From Gammaproteobacteria bacterium (GTDB lineage Bacteria; Pseudomonadota; Gammaproteobacteria; JAJPIJ01), in assembly GCA_041395385.1 (NCBI GenBank), contig JAWLAN010000011.1, forward strand, positions 71,783 to 135,782: a stretch of 64,000 nt of DNA. Reading direction: 5' to 3'. A program made the position numbers and the translations under genes. This document shows positions 9,669 through 25,110 of this stretch, in pieces; position 1 is the first letter of the stretch; each line of letters opens with the position of its first letter. The notes beneath the pieces are model-generated. The model was not told where the DNA came from and did no database searches. It was given only the letters and a program-made list of their open reading frames with translations.

Positions 9669-11303
9669 ATGAGCCATCAATACGACCTCGATGTGCTGGT
9701 CCTGGGCAGCGGCGCCGCCGGGCTGAGCGCGGCCCTGCGCCTGGCGGAGCGCTATCGCGTCGGGGTGGTGACCAAGAGCAGCCTGACGGAGAGCAATACG
9801 CTGTACGCGCAGGGCGGGATCTCAGCCGTGCTGGACAAGGAGGACTCCGTCGCATCGCACCTGGCCGACACCATCGACGCGGGCGCGGGGCTCTGCAATC
9901 GGGAGGTGGTGCAATACGTCGTCGAGCGCGGACACCAGTGCGTGCGCTGGCTGCAGGACCTGGGGGCGCCCTTCACCACCCATACCGGCGCCGGCGGCCG
10001 CACCGAGATACATCTCACGCGCGAGGGAGGCCACAGTCACCGACGCGTGGTACACGCGGCCGACGCCACCGGCCACGCGGTGGCGACGACCCTGGAATCC
10101 CACGTTCGCGCCCATCCCAACATCGAGCTGTTCGAGAACCATCTGGCGATCGATCTCATCCTGGCGGCGAAACTGGGCCTGGGATACCAGCGCTGCCTGG
10201 GCGCGTATGTCTACGACCGCGCCCGCCAGCGGGTCGAGACCTTCGGCGCCCGTTTCACCATCCTGGCCACGGGGGGTGCCGGGAAGGTCTACCTGTATAC
10301 CACCAATCCCGACGTCGCCACGGGCGACGGCATCGCGATGGCCTGGCGCGCGGGCTGTCGGGTTGCCAACATGGAGTTCATCCAGTTTCACCCCACCTGC
10401 CTCTATCACCCCAGGGCCAAGACCTTCCTCATCACCGAGGCCGTGCGCGGTGAGGGCGGCCGGCTGCTGCTTCCCAACGGGGAGCCGTTCATGCACCGCT
10501 TCGACCCACGGGGGGAGCTTGCCCCGCGCGACATCGTCGCCCGTGCCATCGACCATGAGATGAAACGGCTGGGCGCCGACTGCCTGTACCTGGACATCTC
10601 CCACCAGGACGCGGATTTCATCCGGGAGCACTTCCCCACCGTGCACGGCCGCTGCTTGGAGTTCGGCATCGACATGACCCGGCAGCCCATTCCCATCGTG
10701 CCGGCAACTCATTTCCTCTGCGGGGGAGTCGTATCGGACATAAATGGCCGCACCGACCTGCCCGGCCTGTACGCCATCGGCGAGGTCGCCTGCACCGGCC
10801 TGCATGGCGCCAACCGCCTCGCCAGCAATTCCCTGCTGGAGTGTTGCGTCATGGCGGCCTCGTGCACGGACGACATCCGCGACGCCTATGGCGGGGCGCC
10901 GCATCCCCCCGCGCTGCCCCAATGGGACGAAAGCCAGGTGACCGATTCCGACGAGGAAGTCGTGGTGTCCCACAATTGGGAGGAACTGCGGAGGTTCATG
11001 TGGGACTACGTCGGCATCGTGCGGACCACCAAACGCATGCAGCGGGCCCTGCGGCGCGCGCAGCTCCTGCACGCGGAGATTGCTGAATACTATGGGAATT
11101 TCCGCGTCACCAACGACCTCATCGAGCTGCGCAATCTGGTCCAGGTCGCCGAGCTTATCATCCACTCCGCCATGCTGCGCCGGGAGAGCCGTGGCCTGCA
11201 CTACACCCTGGACTATCCCCAGCGCGACGATCGGAACTGGCTGCGCGACACGATACTGTGCGCCGACACGCTGGCCTCCGCGCGGCGGGTGGCCTCGCTC
11301 TGA
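9669..11303 (+). CDS. nadB: L-aspartate oxidase
   Basis: FAD Rossmann motif ([19 protein letters not shown]) and fumarate-reductase/succinate-dehydrogenase flavoprotein family sequence. It is divergent from rpoE, as in E. coli. Start taken at the ATG (MSHQYD) two codons after the TTG of the track ORF. Confidence 0.92.
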   Translation: MSHQYDLDVLVLGSGAAGLSAALRLAERYRVGVVTKSSLTESNTLYAQGGISAVLDKEDSVASHLADTIDAGAGLCNREVVQYVVERGHQCVRWLQDLGAPFTTHTGAGGRTEIHLTREGGHSHRRVVHAADATGHAVATTLESHVRAHPNIELFENHLAIDLILAAKLGLGYQRCLGAYVYDRARQRVETFGARFTILATGGAGKVYLYTTNPDVATGDGIAMAWRAGCRVANMEFIQFHPTCLYHPRAKTFLITEAVRGEGGRLLLPNGEPFMHRFDPRGELAPRDIVARAIDHEMKRLGADCLYLDISHQDADFIREHFPTVHGRCLEFGIDMTRQPIPIVPATHFLCGGVVSDINGRTDLPGLYAIGEVACTGLHGANRLASNSLLECCVMAASCTDDIRDAYGGAPHPPALPQWDESQVTDSDEEVVVSHNWEELRRFMWDYVGIVRTTKRMQRALRRAQLLHAEIAEYYGNFRVTNDLIELRNLVQVAELIIHSAMLRRESRGLHYTLDYPQRDDRNWLRDTILCADTLASARRVASL

Positions 11304-11432
11304 CCGCTCCGTGCCCGCGGCGGCCATCCGTTTCCGTATGCGACGCGCCGCCTCCCCGGCTGCTAGGCGGCTGTTCTGGCACGGTTTTCGCAAAGACAGC
11401 TGCAAACCGAGCCACCAGCGAGTCAAGGACTC

Positions 11433-12392
11433 ATGAGCCCAACGCTGCAAGCCGTCGCCAACAGCCAGAGATCGAGCGCGGCCAACCCGCCGTCTGCAGT
11501 CTCCGAGAAGCACCTGGCCACCCTCGCCCAACGCCCCGCCTCGGCACTGGCGGCATCGACCCTGCACCTGGCCAACCTGCTGCAGAGCGCGCTGGAGCTC
11601 GACAAGCTCATGGAGGTCTTCGCCGAGGAGGTCAATCGCCTGCTGCCGCTGAGCGGCATGGAATACGTGAACATGGAAGAGCAGGTGCGGTTGATACTGG
11701 GGCGGGAAGGACCGCACTCCAACACCTACGACCTGGTCGTGCTCGATCGCTCCCTGGGCGTGATCACCTTCCGCGGCGACGAGCCGCTGGAGGAGGACCA
11801 GTTGCAGCAGCTCGAGGCGCTCATCTGTGCGCTCGTCTACCCCCTGCGCAATGCCCTCATGTACAAGCGCGCCCTGGATACCGCGCTGAAGGATCCGGTC
11901 ACCGGCATCAACAACCGCGCCGCGCTCAACGCGACCATCGACCGGGAGGTCAATCTCTCGCACCGGCACGGCTACGCGCTGTCGGTGATCATGCTCGATC
12001 TGGATCATTTCAAACGCATCAACGACGAACATGGCCATCTGGCCGGCGACACGGTGCTGCGCACCGTCGCGGGCCGTATCACGGACTGCACCCGTGGCAG
12101 CGACATGGTATTCCGCTACGGCGGGGAAGAATTCACCGTGGTGCTGAGCAATACGGACATCGACGGCGCCGCGCTGCTCGCCGATCGCATTCGCAAGGCG
12201 ATCGCGGCGACGCCCATAATCATCGATGGTTTCGAGATCGCCGTGACCGTGAGCATGGGCGTGTCCACCCTCGAGGCGGAGGACTCCGCCGCCACCCTGC
12301 TAAGCCGCGCCGACGCGGCGCTGTACGACGCCAAGACCGCCGGGCGCAACCGGGTGATGATCCAGACCGGCGCGCATCCCTCCGCCCTGTGA
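11433..12392 (+). CDS. diguanylate cyclase (GGDEF domain protein)
   Basis: C-terminal GGDEF domain with the GGEEF active-site motif. N-terminal region is of unknown function. A good RBS precedes the start. Confidence 0.85.
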   Translation: MSPTLQAVANSQRSSAANPPSAVSEKHLATLAQRPASALAASTLHLANLLQSALELDKLMEVFAEEVNRLLPLSGMEYVNMEEQVRLILGREGPHSNTYDLVVLDRSLGVITFRGDEPLEEDQLQQLEALICALVYPLRNALMYKRALDTALKDPVTGINNRAALNATIDREVNLSHRHGYALSVIMLDLDHFKRINDEHGHLAGDTVLRTVAGRITDCTRGSDMVFRYGGEEFTVVLSNTDIDGAALLADRIRKAIAATPIIIDGFEIAVTVSMGVSTLEAEDSAATLLSRADAALYDAKTAGRNRVMIQTGAHPSAL

Positions 12393-12459
12393 TCGCCTGA
12401 GCGCGCCTGGCGCGGCGCGGCCGCGCGCGTCCGCCGCGCGCGAACCGACGAAGTCGCCT

Positions 12460-15301
<2,842 letters not shown>

Positions 15302-15370
15302 GCCCCTTCCTTCGCCGCTCCCCCGCGGAGCGGTGCCCCTGCACCCTCGCCCCGGAGCGGTGGCGGGACC

Positions 15371-18300
15371 TCAGCCGGTCGCCGCCAGGCGCACCGCCTC
15401 GTCCATGTTGACCGACACCAGCCGCGAAACCCCCGCCTCCTGCATGGTAACACCGACGAGCTGATCGGCGATCTCCATCGTGATCTTGTTGTGGGTGATG
15501 AAGATGAACTGGATGTCGCGGGCGCGCTGCTTGAGCATCTCGCACAGGCGGACTACGTTGGCATCGTCCAGGGGCGCGTCCACCTCGTCGAGCAGGCAGA
15601 ATGGCGCGGGATTCAGCTCGAAGATGGCGAACACCAGGGCCACGGCCGTCAGCGCCTTTTCACCGCCCGAGAGCAGATGGATCGTGCTGTTGCGCTTGCC
15701 GGGCGGCCGCGCAATGACGGTCACGCCCGTCTCGAGCAGATCGTCGCCGATCAGTTCGAGCACGGCATGGCCGCCTCCGAACAGGGCCGGAAACAGGGTC
15801 TGGAATCCGCTGTTGACCTTGTCGAAGGTCTCCTTGAAGCGCGTGCGCGTCTCACGGTCGATCTTCCGTATTGCCTCCTCCAGCGTCGCGAGCGCCTCGT
15901 TGAGGTCGGCGAGCTGGCTGTCGAGATAGCTCTTGCGTTCCGAGAGGGTGCTGAACTCGTCGATCGCGGCCAGGTTGATGGGCCCCAGTCGCTGGATCTT
16001 ACGGCCGACCTCCGCCAGGCGTTCTTCCCACGCCGACTCGGTGGCATCCGCCGGCAGGGTCTCGATGACCTGCTCGGCGACGGCCTCGGCGGCAGCGAGC
16101 TGCTCGACGATGCCCTCCAGGCGCGTCTCCAGGCCGCGCGCATCAAGGCGCGCCTGTTCCAGTTCCTCGCGCCGCTGTCCGGCCTCGACCTCGATCGTGT
16201 GGCGCCGCTGTTCGAGCGCGCGCAGCTCGGCATCGGCCTGCTGCAGCGCCTCGCGGGTGCTGCTCAATTCGGCCTCGACCTCCAGCCGCTGCGCCAGGGC
16301 GGTCTCCCTCGCCGCCTGCAGCTGCGCATAGGGCGTCCCGAACCCCTGCAACTGCTCCTGCAGACCCGCGACCTGCTGCTGCAGACGCTCGATCTGTGTG
16401 CGATTGCGGCCGAGCGACTGTTCCAGCGCCGCCCTCTCGGAATGTATCGCCGCGATCTTGGCGGTCAGCGCATGGCCGGCGTCCCGGATGGATTGCCACT
16501 GCTGCCGGGCCGCGCCGACGGCGCCGCGCAGCGTCTCGCGCTCCTCGCCGAGCTGCGCGCGCTCGCCTTCCAGGGCATCGCGCTGCGCGCTCACCGAGGC
16601 CAGGCGCTCGGCGCAGGTGGTCAACTCCTCCGTCTCCTCCTCGATCTGCGCTTCCAGCTCCTGCGATTCCGCGATCAGCTGGTCGAGACGCTGTGTCGTC
16701 TGCTCGAGTCGCGTCTGGCCCGCCGAGACCTCCGACCGCAATAGCGACGTCGCCTCGTGCGCGGCATTGAGCCGCCCTCGCAGCGTCGCCTCACGCGACT
16801 CGAGGGCGGCTAATCGCGCCCGCGCCTCCTCCATGCGCCCCTGCAGCGCCTCGATCTCCGATTCGATGCGTACACGGTCGTCCCGCAGCGATTTCAGCTC
16901 CTGCGTGCGTTGCAGCAAGCCATCCGTTGCGCGCGTGTCGCGGTTGACCTTCACCCATCCGGCTCCGAGCCACGTGCCATCGCGGGTGATCACCGATTCG
17001 CCCGGCTGCAGGTCCGGGACGGTCCGACGCGCCGCCTCCAGCGTCTCGGCCGCATAAACACCGTCGAACAGGTCGGCGACCGGCCAGGGGGCCCGGATCT
17101 TGTCCGCCAGCAGCGGCAGTCCGGTCGCGGCATTGCGACGCGCGTCCTTGCCGGTGCGCTGCGACATGTCCAGCGCCGCCGCGCTGCCCTCCCGCAGCGA
17201 CGGCAGCTGCTCGTAGAGCGGCTCGAGCGCGGGGACGCAGAGCGCCTGCAGGGGCAGCAGCGCGGCGGTTTCCACGGCGCGTTCCCAGCCGGCCTCGACG
17301 CCGATGACCTCGGAGAGCCGCGACGCCTCGGCCATACCTGCGTTACGCAGCCACTCCGCCAGACCCTCGCGATCGGTGCCGAGGCTCGACTGCTGCAATG
17401 CCTCCAGGGACGCGACGCGGCCGCTCAGCTGCTGGCGCCGCTGGCGGCGCTCGTCGAGGTGAGAGGAGATCTGATCGATGGTCTCGCGCAGCTGCGTCAG
17501 CTCGGCGCGCAGCTGCTCAAGCTCGCCCTGCAGCGCCGCATGGCTGCCCTGCGAGCCGGTGTATCGCTGCTCCAGCTCGGCCAGCGCCCCGCGCAGGTTC
17601 TCCGGCACCAGGCCTTCCCGCTCCCGGCGCAGCGACGCGAGCCGCTGCCGGGCGATCTCGACGGCATCCTCGAGGTGCTCGCGTCGCGTCTGCTCGACGT
17701 GCGCCTGCCGCTGTGCATCGGCGAGGCGCTGGTTGAACGCATCCCACCGGGACTGCCATTCATTCAGGCGCAATTCCGCCTCGACGACCCGTCGATCCGC
17801 TCCCTGCTCCTCCCCCGCATGTCGGGACTGCTCCGGCTCGAGCGCGGCCAGCTCCTGCAGCAAGGACGCCAGACGCTGTTCGTCCTCGGCGATGTGACGG
17901 CGCGCCTCTTCCAGACCGCGTTCGGTGCCGCCGAGCTCCCGTTCCATCGCCTGCCGCCGCTCCAGCCCATGCTGGATCTGCTGCTCCAGGCGGGCCACCT
18001 CCGCGCCGACCGTGTAGAAGCGGCTCTGAACCGCGTTGAAATGATCCGTGGCGGCCACCTGGGCATCGCGCTGCCGCGCGATCTCCGCCTCCGCGGTGCG
18101 CAACGCGGCGGTCGTGGCCTCGACCGCATTGGCGCGCCGTTCGATGTCCTTGCGGTGCACCTCGAGCTGCCCGTTCAGCGAGCGCCACCGCAGTGCGTGC
18201 AGTTGCGACTGGGTCGCGCGCTCCTCGGCCTTCAGTTCCTGGTACCTCTCCGCCGACCTTGCCTGACGCTGCAGGTGCTGAAGCTGCCTGTCGAGCTCCG

Positions 18301-18895
18301 TGACGATGTCGGTGATGCGGGCGAGATTCTCCTGGGTGTTCTTGATCCGGTTCTCCGTCTCGCGGCGACGCTCCTTGTATTTCGAGATGCCCGCGGCCTC
18401 CTCGAAAAAGGCGCGCAGCTCCTCCGGCTTGGCCTCGATGACCCGCGAGATCATGCCCTGCTCGATGATGGAGTAGGAGCGGGCGCCTATCCCGGTGCCG
18501 AGGAACAGCCCGGTGATGTCGCGGCGCCGGCAGCGGGCGCCGTTGAGAAAGTAGCTCGACTGGCCATCGCGCCCTACCTGGCGCTTGACCGAGATCTCCC
18601 CGTAGGAGGCGTACTGGCCGCCGATCTTCGCGTCGTTGTTGTCGAATATGATCTCCACGGAGGCCTGGCCGACCGGCTTGCGGGTGCCGGAGCCGTTGAA
18701 GATCACGTCCGCCATCGAATCCCCGCGCAGATGCTTGGCGGAGCTCTCCCCCATGACCCACTGAATGGCGTCGATGATGTTGGATTTCCCGCAACCGTTC
18801 GGCCCGACTATTCCACTCAGGTTGCGGCGAAACTCCAGGGTCGTCGGGTCCACGAACGACTTGAAACCGGCGACTTTGACCTTGTTGATTCGCAT
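15371..18895 (-). CDS. smc: chromosome segregation protein SMC
   Basis: Walker A motif (GPNGCGKSN), long coiled coils, a hinge and a C-terminal signature motif (LSGGEKALTAVALVFAI). Start trimmed to MRINKVKVAGFKSF. Confidence 0.93.
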   Translation of the reverse strand: MRINKVKVAGFKSFVDPTTLEFRRNLSGIVGPNGCGKSNIIDAIQWVMGESSAKHLRGDSMADVIFNGSGTRKPVGQASVEIIFDNNDAKIGGQYASYGEISVKRQVGRDGQSSYFLNGARCRRRDITGLFLGTGIGARSYSIIEQGMISRVIEAKPEELRAFFEEAAGISKYKERRRETENRIKNTQENLARITDIVTELDRQLQHLQRQARSAERYQELKAEERATQSQLHALRWRSLNGQLEVHRKDIERRANAVEATTAALRTAEAEIARQRDAQVAATDHFNAVQSRFYTVGAEVARLEQQIQHGLERRQAMERELGGTERGLEEARRHIAEDEQRLASLLQELAALEPEQSRHAGEEQGADRRVVEAELRLNEWQSRWDAFNQRLADAQRQAHVEQTRREHLEDAVEIARQRLASLRREREGLVPENLRGALAELEQRYTGSQGSHAALQGELEQLRAELTQLRETIDQISSHLDERRQRRQQLSGRVASLEALQQSSLGTDREGLAEWLRNAGMAEASRLSEVIGVEAGWERAVETAALLPLQALCVPALEPLYEQLPSLREGSAAALDMSQRTGKDARRNAATGLPLLADKIRAPWPVADLFDGVYAAETLEAARRTVPDLQPGESVITRDGTWLGAGWVKVNRDTRATDGLLQRTQELKSLRDDRVRIESEIEALQGRMEEARARLAALESREATLRGRLNAAHEATSLLRSEVSAGQTRLEQTTQRLDQLIAESQELEAQIEEETEELTTCAERLASVSAQRDALEGERAQLGEERETLRGAVGAARQQWQSIRDAGHALTAKIAAIHSERAALEQSLGRNRTQIERLQQQVAGLQEQLQGFGTPYAQLQAARETALAQRLEVEAELSSTREALQQADAELRALEQRRHTIEVEAGQRREELEQARLDARGLETRLEGIVEQLAAAEAVAEQVIETLPADATESAWEERLAEVGRKIQRLGPINLAAIDEFSTLSERKSYLDSQLADLNEALATLEEAIRKIDRETRTRFKETFDKVNSGFQTLFPALFGGGHAVLELIGDDLLETGVTVIARPPGKRNSTIHLLSGGEKALTAVALVFAIFELNPAPFCLLDEVDAPLDDANVVRLCEMLKQRARDIQFIFITHNKITMEIADQLVGVTMQEAGVSRLVSVNMDEAVRLAATG

Positions 18896-19113
18896 GGCGG
18901 CGGAGAATACAAGAATGTTCAACCGCTAAACAAGGCACCACCGGCCGCGGCGCGCCCGGCCGGTTCGCGGCAGCGGTGAGCGCGTCGCCGTAGGTGGTTG
19001 TGATCGCGGACGAATCCCGCGGCGAGACCCCGGCATCGATCCCGTATGCGGCATCTCGGTGCCATGCTATGGTGAGCGTCGACGACCCATCGACGCCGCA
19101 CGGCTATCGAATC

Positions 19114-19503
19114 ATGAGCACCAGACCCGCCCGCGTCCTCGAGACCTTCGAGAACCCCGCGCCAGAGCGCGACTACAACATTCACATCCGCATCCCCGAG
19201 TTCACCTGCCTGTGCCCGAAGACCGGGCAGCCGGACTTCGCGACGATGGACCTGAGTTACGTCCCGGACCGCCTATGCGTCGAGCTGAAGTCCCTGAAAC
19301 TCTACATTTGGTCGTACCGCGACGAAGGGGCGTTTCATGAAGCCGTCACGAATCGCATCCTCGACGACGTCGTGCGCGCGTGCGCGCCGCGCTACGCGCG
19401 CCTGAGCGCCGCGTTCAATGTGCGCGGCGGAACCTATCCGACCGTGGTCGTCGAGTACCGCAGGCCGGGGTGGGAGCCTGCACCCCCCGTGACCTGGAGT
19501 TGA
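19114..19503 (+). CDS. queF: NADPH-dependent 7-cyano-7-deazaguanine reductase QueF (unimodular type)
   Basis: Catalytic Cys motif [10 protein letters not shown] and QueF motif [10 protein letters not shown]. The start is uncertain. Candidates are the ATG at 19114, ATG at 19069 and GTG at 18994. None has a clear SD. Confidence 0.8.
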   Translation: MSTRPARVLETFENPAPERDYNIHIRIPEFTCLCPKTGQPDFATMDLSYVPDRLCVELKSLKLYIWSYRDEGAFHEAVTNRILDDVVRACAPRYARLSAAFNVRGGTYPTVVVEYRRPGWEPAPPVTWS

Positions 19504-19506
19504 GCC

Positions 19507-20259
19507 GTGCTCTCGGAACTGCTCGCCGGCGCGCGCTACCTGCTGCAGGGCATAGGCCTGTTGTGGCGACCGCGCGTCCGCACCTTCGTGCTCGTTCCTC
19601 TGGTCATCAGCGCAATCGTATTCACCGGCGGCATTTGGCTGACGGGGCATTGGATCGGGGCGCTTACCGAGCAGATGATGCAGCACGTCCCGCAGTGGCT
19701 GACATGGCTGCGCTATCTCATCTGGCCCCTGTTCGCGCTGCTCGCGCTGGTGGTGGTGTTCTTCGGGTTCAATCTGGTCGCCAACCTCGCTGGGGCGCCC
19801 TTCAATGGCTGGCTCGCGGAGGCCGTGGAGATGCATCTCACCGGGGCCACCCAGTCCCCGCCGATGACCTGGCAGCAGCTACCTGCCGAGATCGGCGCCA
19901 TCCTGCGCGCCGAACTGCGCAAGGTTCTCTACTTCGCGCTTTGGTCAATCCCGCTGCTGCTGCTCCTGTTCATACCCGTGTTCGGCCCGGCGCTGTGGTT
20001 CCTCTGGGGTGCCTGGACGTTTGCGTGCAATTACGCCGACTATCCCATGGGCAATCACGGCATGAAGTTTCCGGAACAGCGCCGGCTGCTCGCCGGCCGT
20101 CGCACCCTGGCGATGGGATTCGGGATCGCCTCGCTGCTGATGACGCTCGTCCCGCTGCTGAATTTTCTCGCCATGCCCGCTTCCGTGGCCGGCATGACGG
20201 CCTTGTACCTGGCCGAGCTGCGCGCCTCCGGCCCCACGCAAACGCGCACCGAATCGTAA
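19507..20259 (+). CDS. cysZ: sulfate transporter CysZ
   Basis: 250-aa polytopic membrane protein that matches E. coli CysZ closely, for example APFNGWLAEAVEMHLTGAT. Confidence 0.85.
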   Translation: MLSELLAGARYLLQGIGLLWRPRVRTFVLVPLVISAIVFTGGIWLTGHWIGALTEQMMQHVPQWLTWLRYLIWPLFALLALVVVFFGFNLVANLAGAPFNGWLAEAVEMHLTGATQSPPMTWQQLPAEIGAILRAELRKVLYFALWSIPLLLLLFIPVFGPALWFLWGAWTFACNYADYPMGNHGMKFPEQRRLLAGRRTLAMGFGIASLLMTLVPLLNFLAMPASVAGMTALYLAELRASGPTQTRTES

Positions 20260-20322
20260 TTGCGTGTGTAACACCTTTCTGGTAAAACGACGCACTTAAT
20301 TTTGGGCAGGGGGGTTAACACC

Positions 20323-21084
20323 ATGGCCGCCAAGAAAAAATCCAAGCCAGCGGGCAAAGCCGCGGGCCGCAAATCCGAGGCCCGGAAGAAGCCGCCTGCG
20401 CGGTCTGCCAGGCCGGCCGCGAAAAAATCCTCACGCCCCTCCACCGCCCGCGCGCCCCTAAAGAAAAAGAAGGCTCCCGCCGCTACCAAATCACGGACGG
20501 CGCCGGCGAAGGCCGTCGCGAAACCGAAACGTCCGGCACCGGCGGCAAGGAGATCGGCCCCGGTCGCCACCGTCAGGAAACCCGCGTCGGCGGCTCCCTC
20601 GGCCCCACGCGCTGTGACTACAGGAAAGCCCGTGCCGAGACAGAAGATCGCACCCGCACCGAGCACGACCGAAACCCCGGTCGCCCGTCCCGCCCCTTAT
20701 CAGGCCGCGCGGGGTGAGGAGTACATGAACTCCAACCAGGTCGCCCATTTCCGCCAGCTGTTGTTGACGTGGCGTCACGAATTGATGCAGGAAGTCGACC
20801 GCACCGTGCATCACATGCAGGATGACGCGGCGAACTTTCCGGATCCCAACGATCGCGCGACCCAGGAGGAGGAGTTCGCCCTCGAGCTGCGCACGCGCGA
20901 TCGGGAGCGCAAGCTCATCAAAAAGATCAACGAATCCCTGGCGGCGCTGGATGCCGGAACCTACGGGTACTGCGAGATGTGCGGCGTGGAGATCGGGATC
21001 AAGCGGCTCGAGGCTCGCCCCACCGCCACGCTGTGCATCGACTGCAAGACGCTGGACGAGATTCGCGAAAAGCAGCGCGCCTGA
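20323..21084 (+). CDS. dksA: RNA polymerase-binding transcription factor DksA with a long basic N-terminal extension
   Basis: The C-terminal 150 aa match DksA (coiled coil, DxxDxA tip, C4 zinc finger CEMCGVEIGIKRLEARPTATLCIDC). The N-terminal roughly 100 aa are Lys/Ala/Pro-rich. ATG start with a GGGGGG RBS. Confidence 0.88.
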   Translation: MAAKKKSKPAGKAAGRKSEARKKPPARSARPAAKKSSRPSTARAPLKKKKAPAATKSRTAPAKAVAKPKRPAPAARRSAPVATVRKPASAAPSAPRAVTTGKPVPRQKIAPAPSTTETPVARPAPYQAARGEEYMNSNQVAHFRQLLLTWRHELMQEVDRTVHHMQDDAANFPDPNDRATQEEEFALELRTRDRERKLIKKINESLAALDAGTYGYCEMCGVEIGIKRLEARPTATLCIDCKTLDEIREKQRA

Positions 21085-21090
21085 CAGGCG

Positions 21091-22014
21091 GTGACCACCG
21101 CGTCTGTCGACGCGCGTAGTTCGGGCCTGACCAACGCTTATTGCGGTCGGTTCGCCCCCTCTCCCTCCGGTCCGCTGCATTTCGGCTCGCTGATCACGGC
21201 GCTAGCCAGCTATCTGCAGGCGCGCAGCCGGGGTGGCCGATGGCTGGTGCGCATGGAGGATCTCGACACCCCCCGCAATCAGCCAGGCGCCGCGGCGACC
21301 ATCCTCGGACAGTTGGACGCCTTCGGTCTGATTTCCGACGGCCCGGTGCTCGCGCAAAGCACACGGCTGCGCGCATACCGCGTAGCGCTCGCGATGCTCG
21401 CCGACCGCGGTCTGAGCTTTCCGTGCGGCTGCTCGCGCCAGGACCTCAACGAGAGCATCTATCCCGGCACCTGTCGGGAAGGCCTGGCGCCGGGGCGGAA
21501 GGCACGCGCGGTGCGCGTTCGCGTGAGCGGGGAGACGATCGTTCTTCATGACGAGATACAGGGGGAGTTCCGGCAGAACCTCGCCCGCGAGGTCGGGGAT
21601 TTCGTCGTGCGCCGCGCCGACAATATCGTCGCCTATCATCTGGCCGTGGTCGTGGACGACGCCTGGCAGGGCATCACGGAGGTGGTGCGCGGGGCGGATC
21701 TGCTGGATTCCACGCCGCGACAGATCCATCTGCAGCGTCTCCTCGGATTGCCGACGCCGCGCTACGCGCATCTTCCGATCGCGGCCAATGCGCAGGGTCA
21801 GAAGCTGAGCAAGCAGAGCGGCGCCCGCGCGATCTCCGAGGATCGGCCGGCGCGCACGCTGCATGCGTGCCTGGAGTTCCTCGGCCAACAACCGGACCCG
21901 CGCCTTCGGCATGCGACGCCGGCGGAGGTGCTGCAGTGGGGGATCGCGCACTGGGACCTCGCGAAGGTCCCGCGTCGCGCGACGGTCGTCGTGGGGCCTG
22001 ACTACGAGCTTTGA
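21091..22014 (+). CDS. gluQ: glutamyl-Q tRNA(Asp) synthetase
   Basis: Truncated class I GluRS-like catalytic domain (FAPSPSGPLHFGSL, KLSKQ). It follows dksA as in E. coli (dksA-yadB). GTG start. Confidence 0.82.
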   Translation: MTTASVDARSSGLTNAYCGRFAPSPSGPLHFGSLITALASYLQARSRGGRWLVRMEDLDTPRNQPGAAATILGQLDAFGLISDGPVLAQSTRLRAYRVALAMLADRGLSFPCGCSRQDLNESIYPGTCREGLAPGRKARAVRVRVSGETIVLHDEIQGEFRQNLAREVGDFVVRRADNIVAYHLAVVVDDAWQGITEVVRGADLLDSTPRQIHLQRLLGLPTPRYAHLPIAANAQGQKLSKQSGARAISEDRPARTLHACLEFLGQQPDPRLRHATPAEVLQWGIAHWDLAKVPRRATVVVGPDYEL

Positions 22015-23138
22015 CGGCGCATCTGCTCGCGGCGCTCCAGATAGGCCCGCCGGGCGATGCCCACGTCATCGAGAAACCAGCCGAGCTCGTCCAGCGTCAG
22101 GGCCTGCGGTCCGTCCACCAGCGCCTTGGCGGGCTCCGGATGGAAATCGACCAGGACCATATTCGCCCCTGCCACCACTCCCTGCGCCGTGACGTGCATC
22201 ACGTCGAGGATGCCGTCCGCGCCCGCCGCGCGGCTGCCCACGGAGTGGGATGGATCGATGCAGACCGGCATGCGCGTCAACCGCTGTATCACCGGTACGT
22301 GCGCGAAGTCCACCATGTTGCGATGCGGGTCGCTGAAATTCGTCTTCATTCCCCGCAGACAGAAGACCACGCGATGATTGCCCTCGCTCGCCAGGTACTC
22401 CGCGGCGTTGAGGGATTCGTCGAGAGTAATGCCGAAACCGCGCTTGATGAGCACCGGAAACCGGCGCTGACGACCGACGCTCTTCAGCAGCTCGAAGTTC
22501 TGTATGTTGCGCGTGCCGATCTGCAGCATCACCCCGGTCGGGCGTCCGGCGGTGTCGAGAGCCGCGCTGATCTCATCGACGTGATCCTCATGCGTCACCT
22601 CCATGGCGATGACGCGGATCCCGTACTTGCCGGCGAGCTCGAAGACGTACGGCAGGCATTCCCTGCCATGGCCCTGGAACGAATAGGGGCTGGTGCGGGG
22701 CTTGTACGCGCCCATGCGCGTGCACACCTGTCCGTGCTCACGCAGTGCCTTGAGCATCTGCTCGACGTGATCGCGGGTACTTACCGCGCAAAGTCCCGCG
22801 AACACGTGCAGGGAATCCTGGTCGAACCGCACGCCGTTGTACTCGAAGCCGACGGCGCGGGTGTCGCCCTTGTGACGGCCGAGTATGCGGTACTCGCGCG
22901 AGACGCGGACTACGCGATCGACGACCTCGAATCCCTCGATCTCCTTCTGGTCGATCTGCGAGGTGTTGCCGATGAGGTAGATCTCGGTGAGCGTCTGCTG
23001 GGTACCGCTGACCTCGTGCACGCGGTGCTCGACGTTCGGCAGACCCGCCAGGTGCGCGAGCAGCCGCTGGTACTCCCGGCCGCTCTCATGGACGTCTGGC
23101 TTGAGGATGATGATCACGGGCGCATTCTCCCACCGCAT
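22002..23138 (-). CDS. 3-deoxy-7-phosphoheptulonate (DAHP) synthase, class I-beta type with N-terminal regulatory extension
   Basis: 378 aa. The C-terminal roughly 270 aa match the DAHP/KDO8P synthase TIM-barrel family. There is an N-terminal ferredoxin-like extension. Confidence 0.75.
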   Translation of the reverse strand: MRWENAPVIIILKPDVHESGREYQRLLAHLAGLPNVEHRVHEVSGTQQTLTEIYLIGNTSQIDQKEIEGFEVVDRVVRVSREYRILGRHKGDTRAVGFEYNGVRFDQDSLHVFAGLCAVSTRDHVEQMLKALREHGQVCTRMGAYKPRTSPYSFQGHGRECLPYVFELAGKYGIRVIAMEVTHEDHVDEISAALDTAGRPTGVMLQIGTRNIQNFELLKSVGRQRRFPVLIKRGFGITLDESLNAAEYLASEGNHRVVFCLRGMKTNFSDPHRNMVDFAHVPVIQRLTRMPVCIDPSHSVGSRAAGADGILDVMHVTAQGVVAGANMVLVDFHPEPAKALVDGPQALTLDELGWFLDDVGIARRAYLERREQMRRQSS

Positions 23139-23172
23139 GGGCCCGCGGCCCGGCGCCGGTGCGGCACCGCGC

Positions 23173-25110
<1,938 letters not shown>

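Noticed and set aside
9822-12038. 738-aa ORF antisense to nadB and the GGDEF gene
   Set aside because: Antisense frame of two well-supported genes. Low-complexity composition and no motifs.
15491-18979. 417-aa and 689-aa ORFs antisense to smc
   Set aside because: High-GC antisense artefacts. smc is unambiguous.
18896-19113. Possible preQ1 riboswitch upstream of queF
   Set aside because: I could not find the compact preQ1-I consensus by eye. Left as a check rather than a call.
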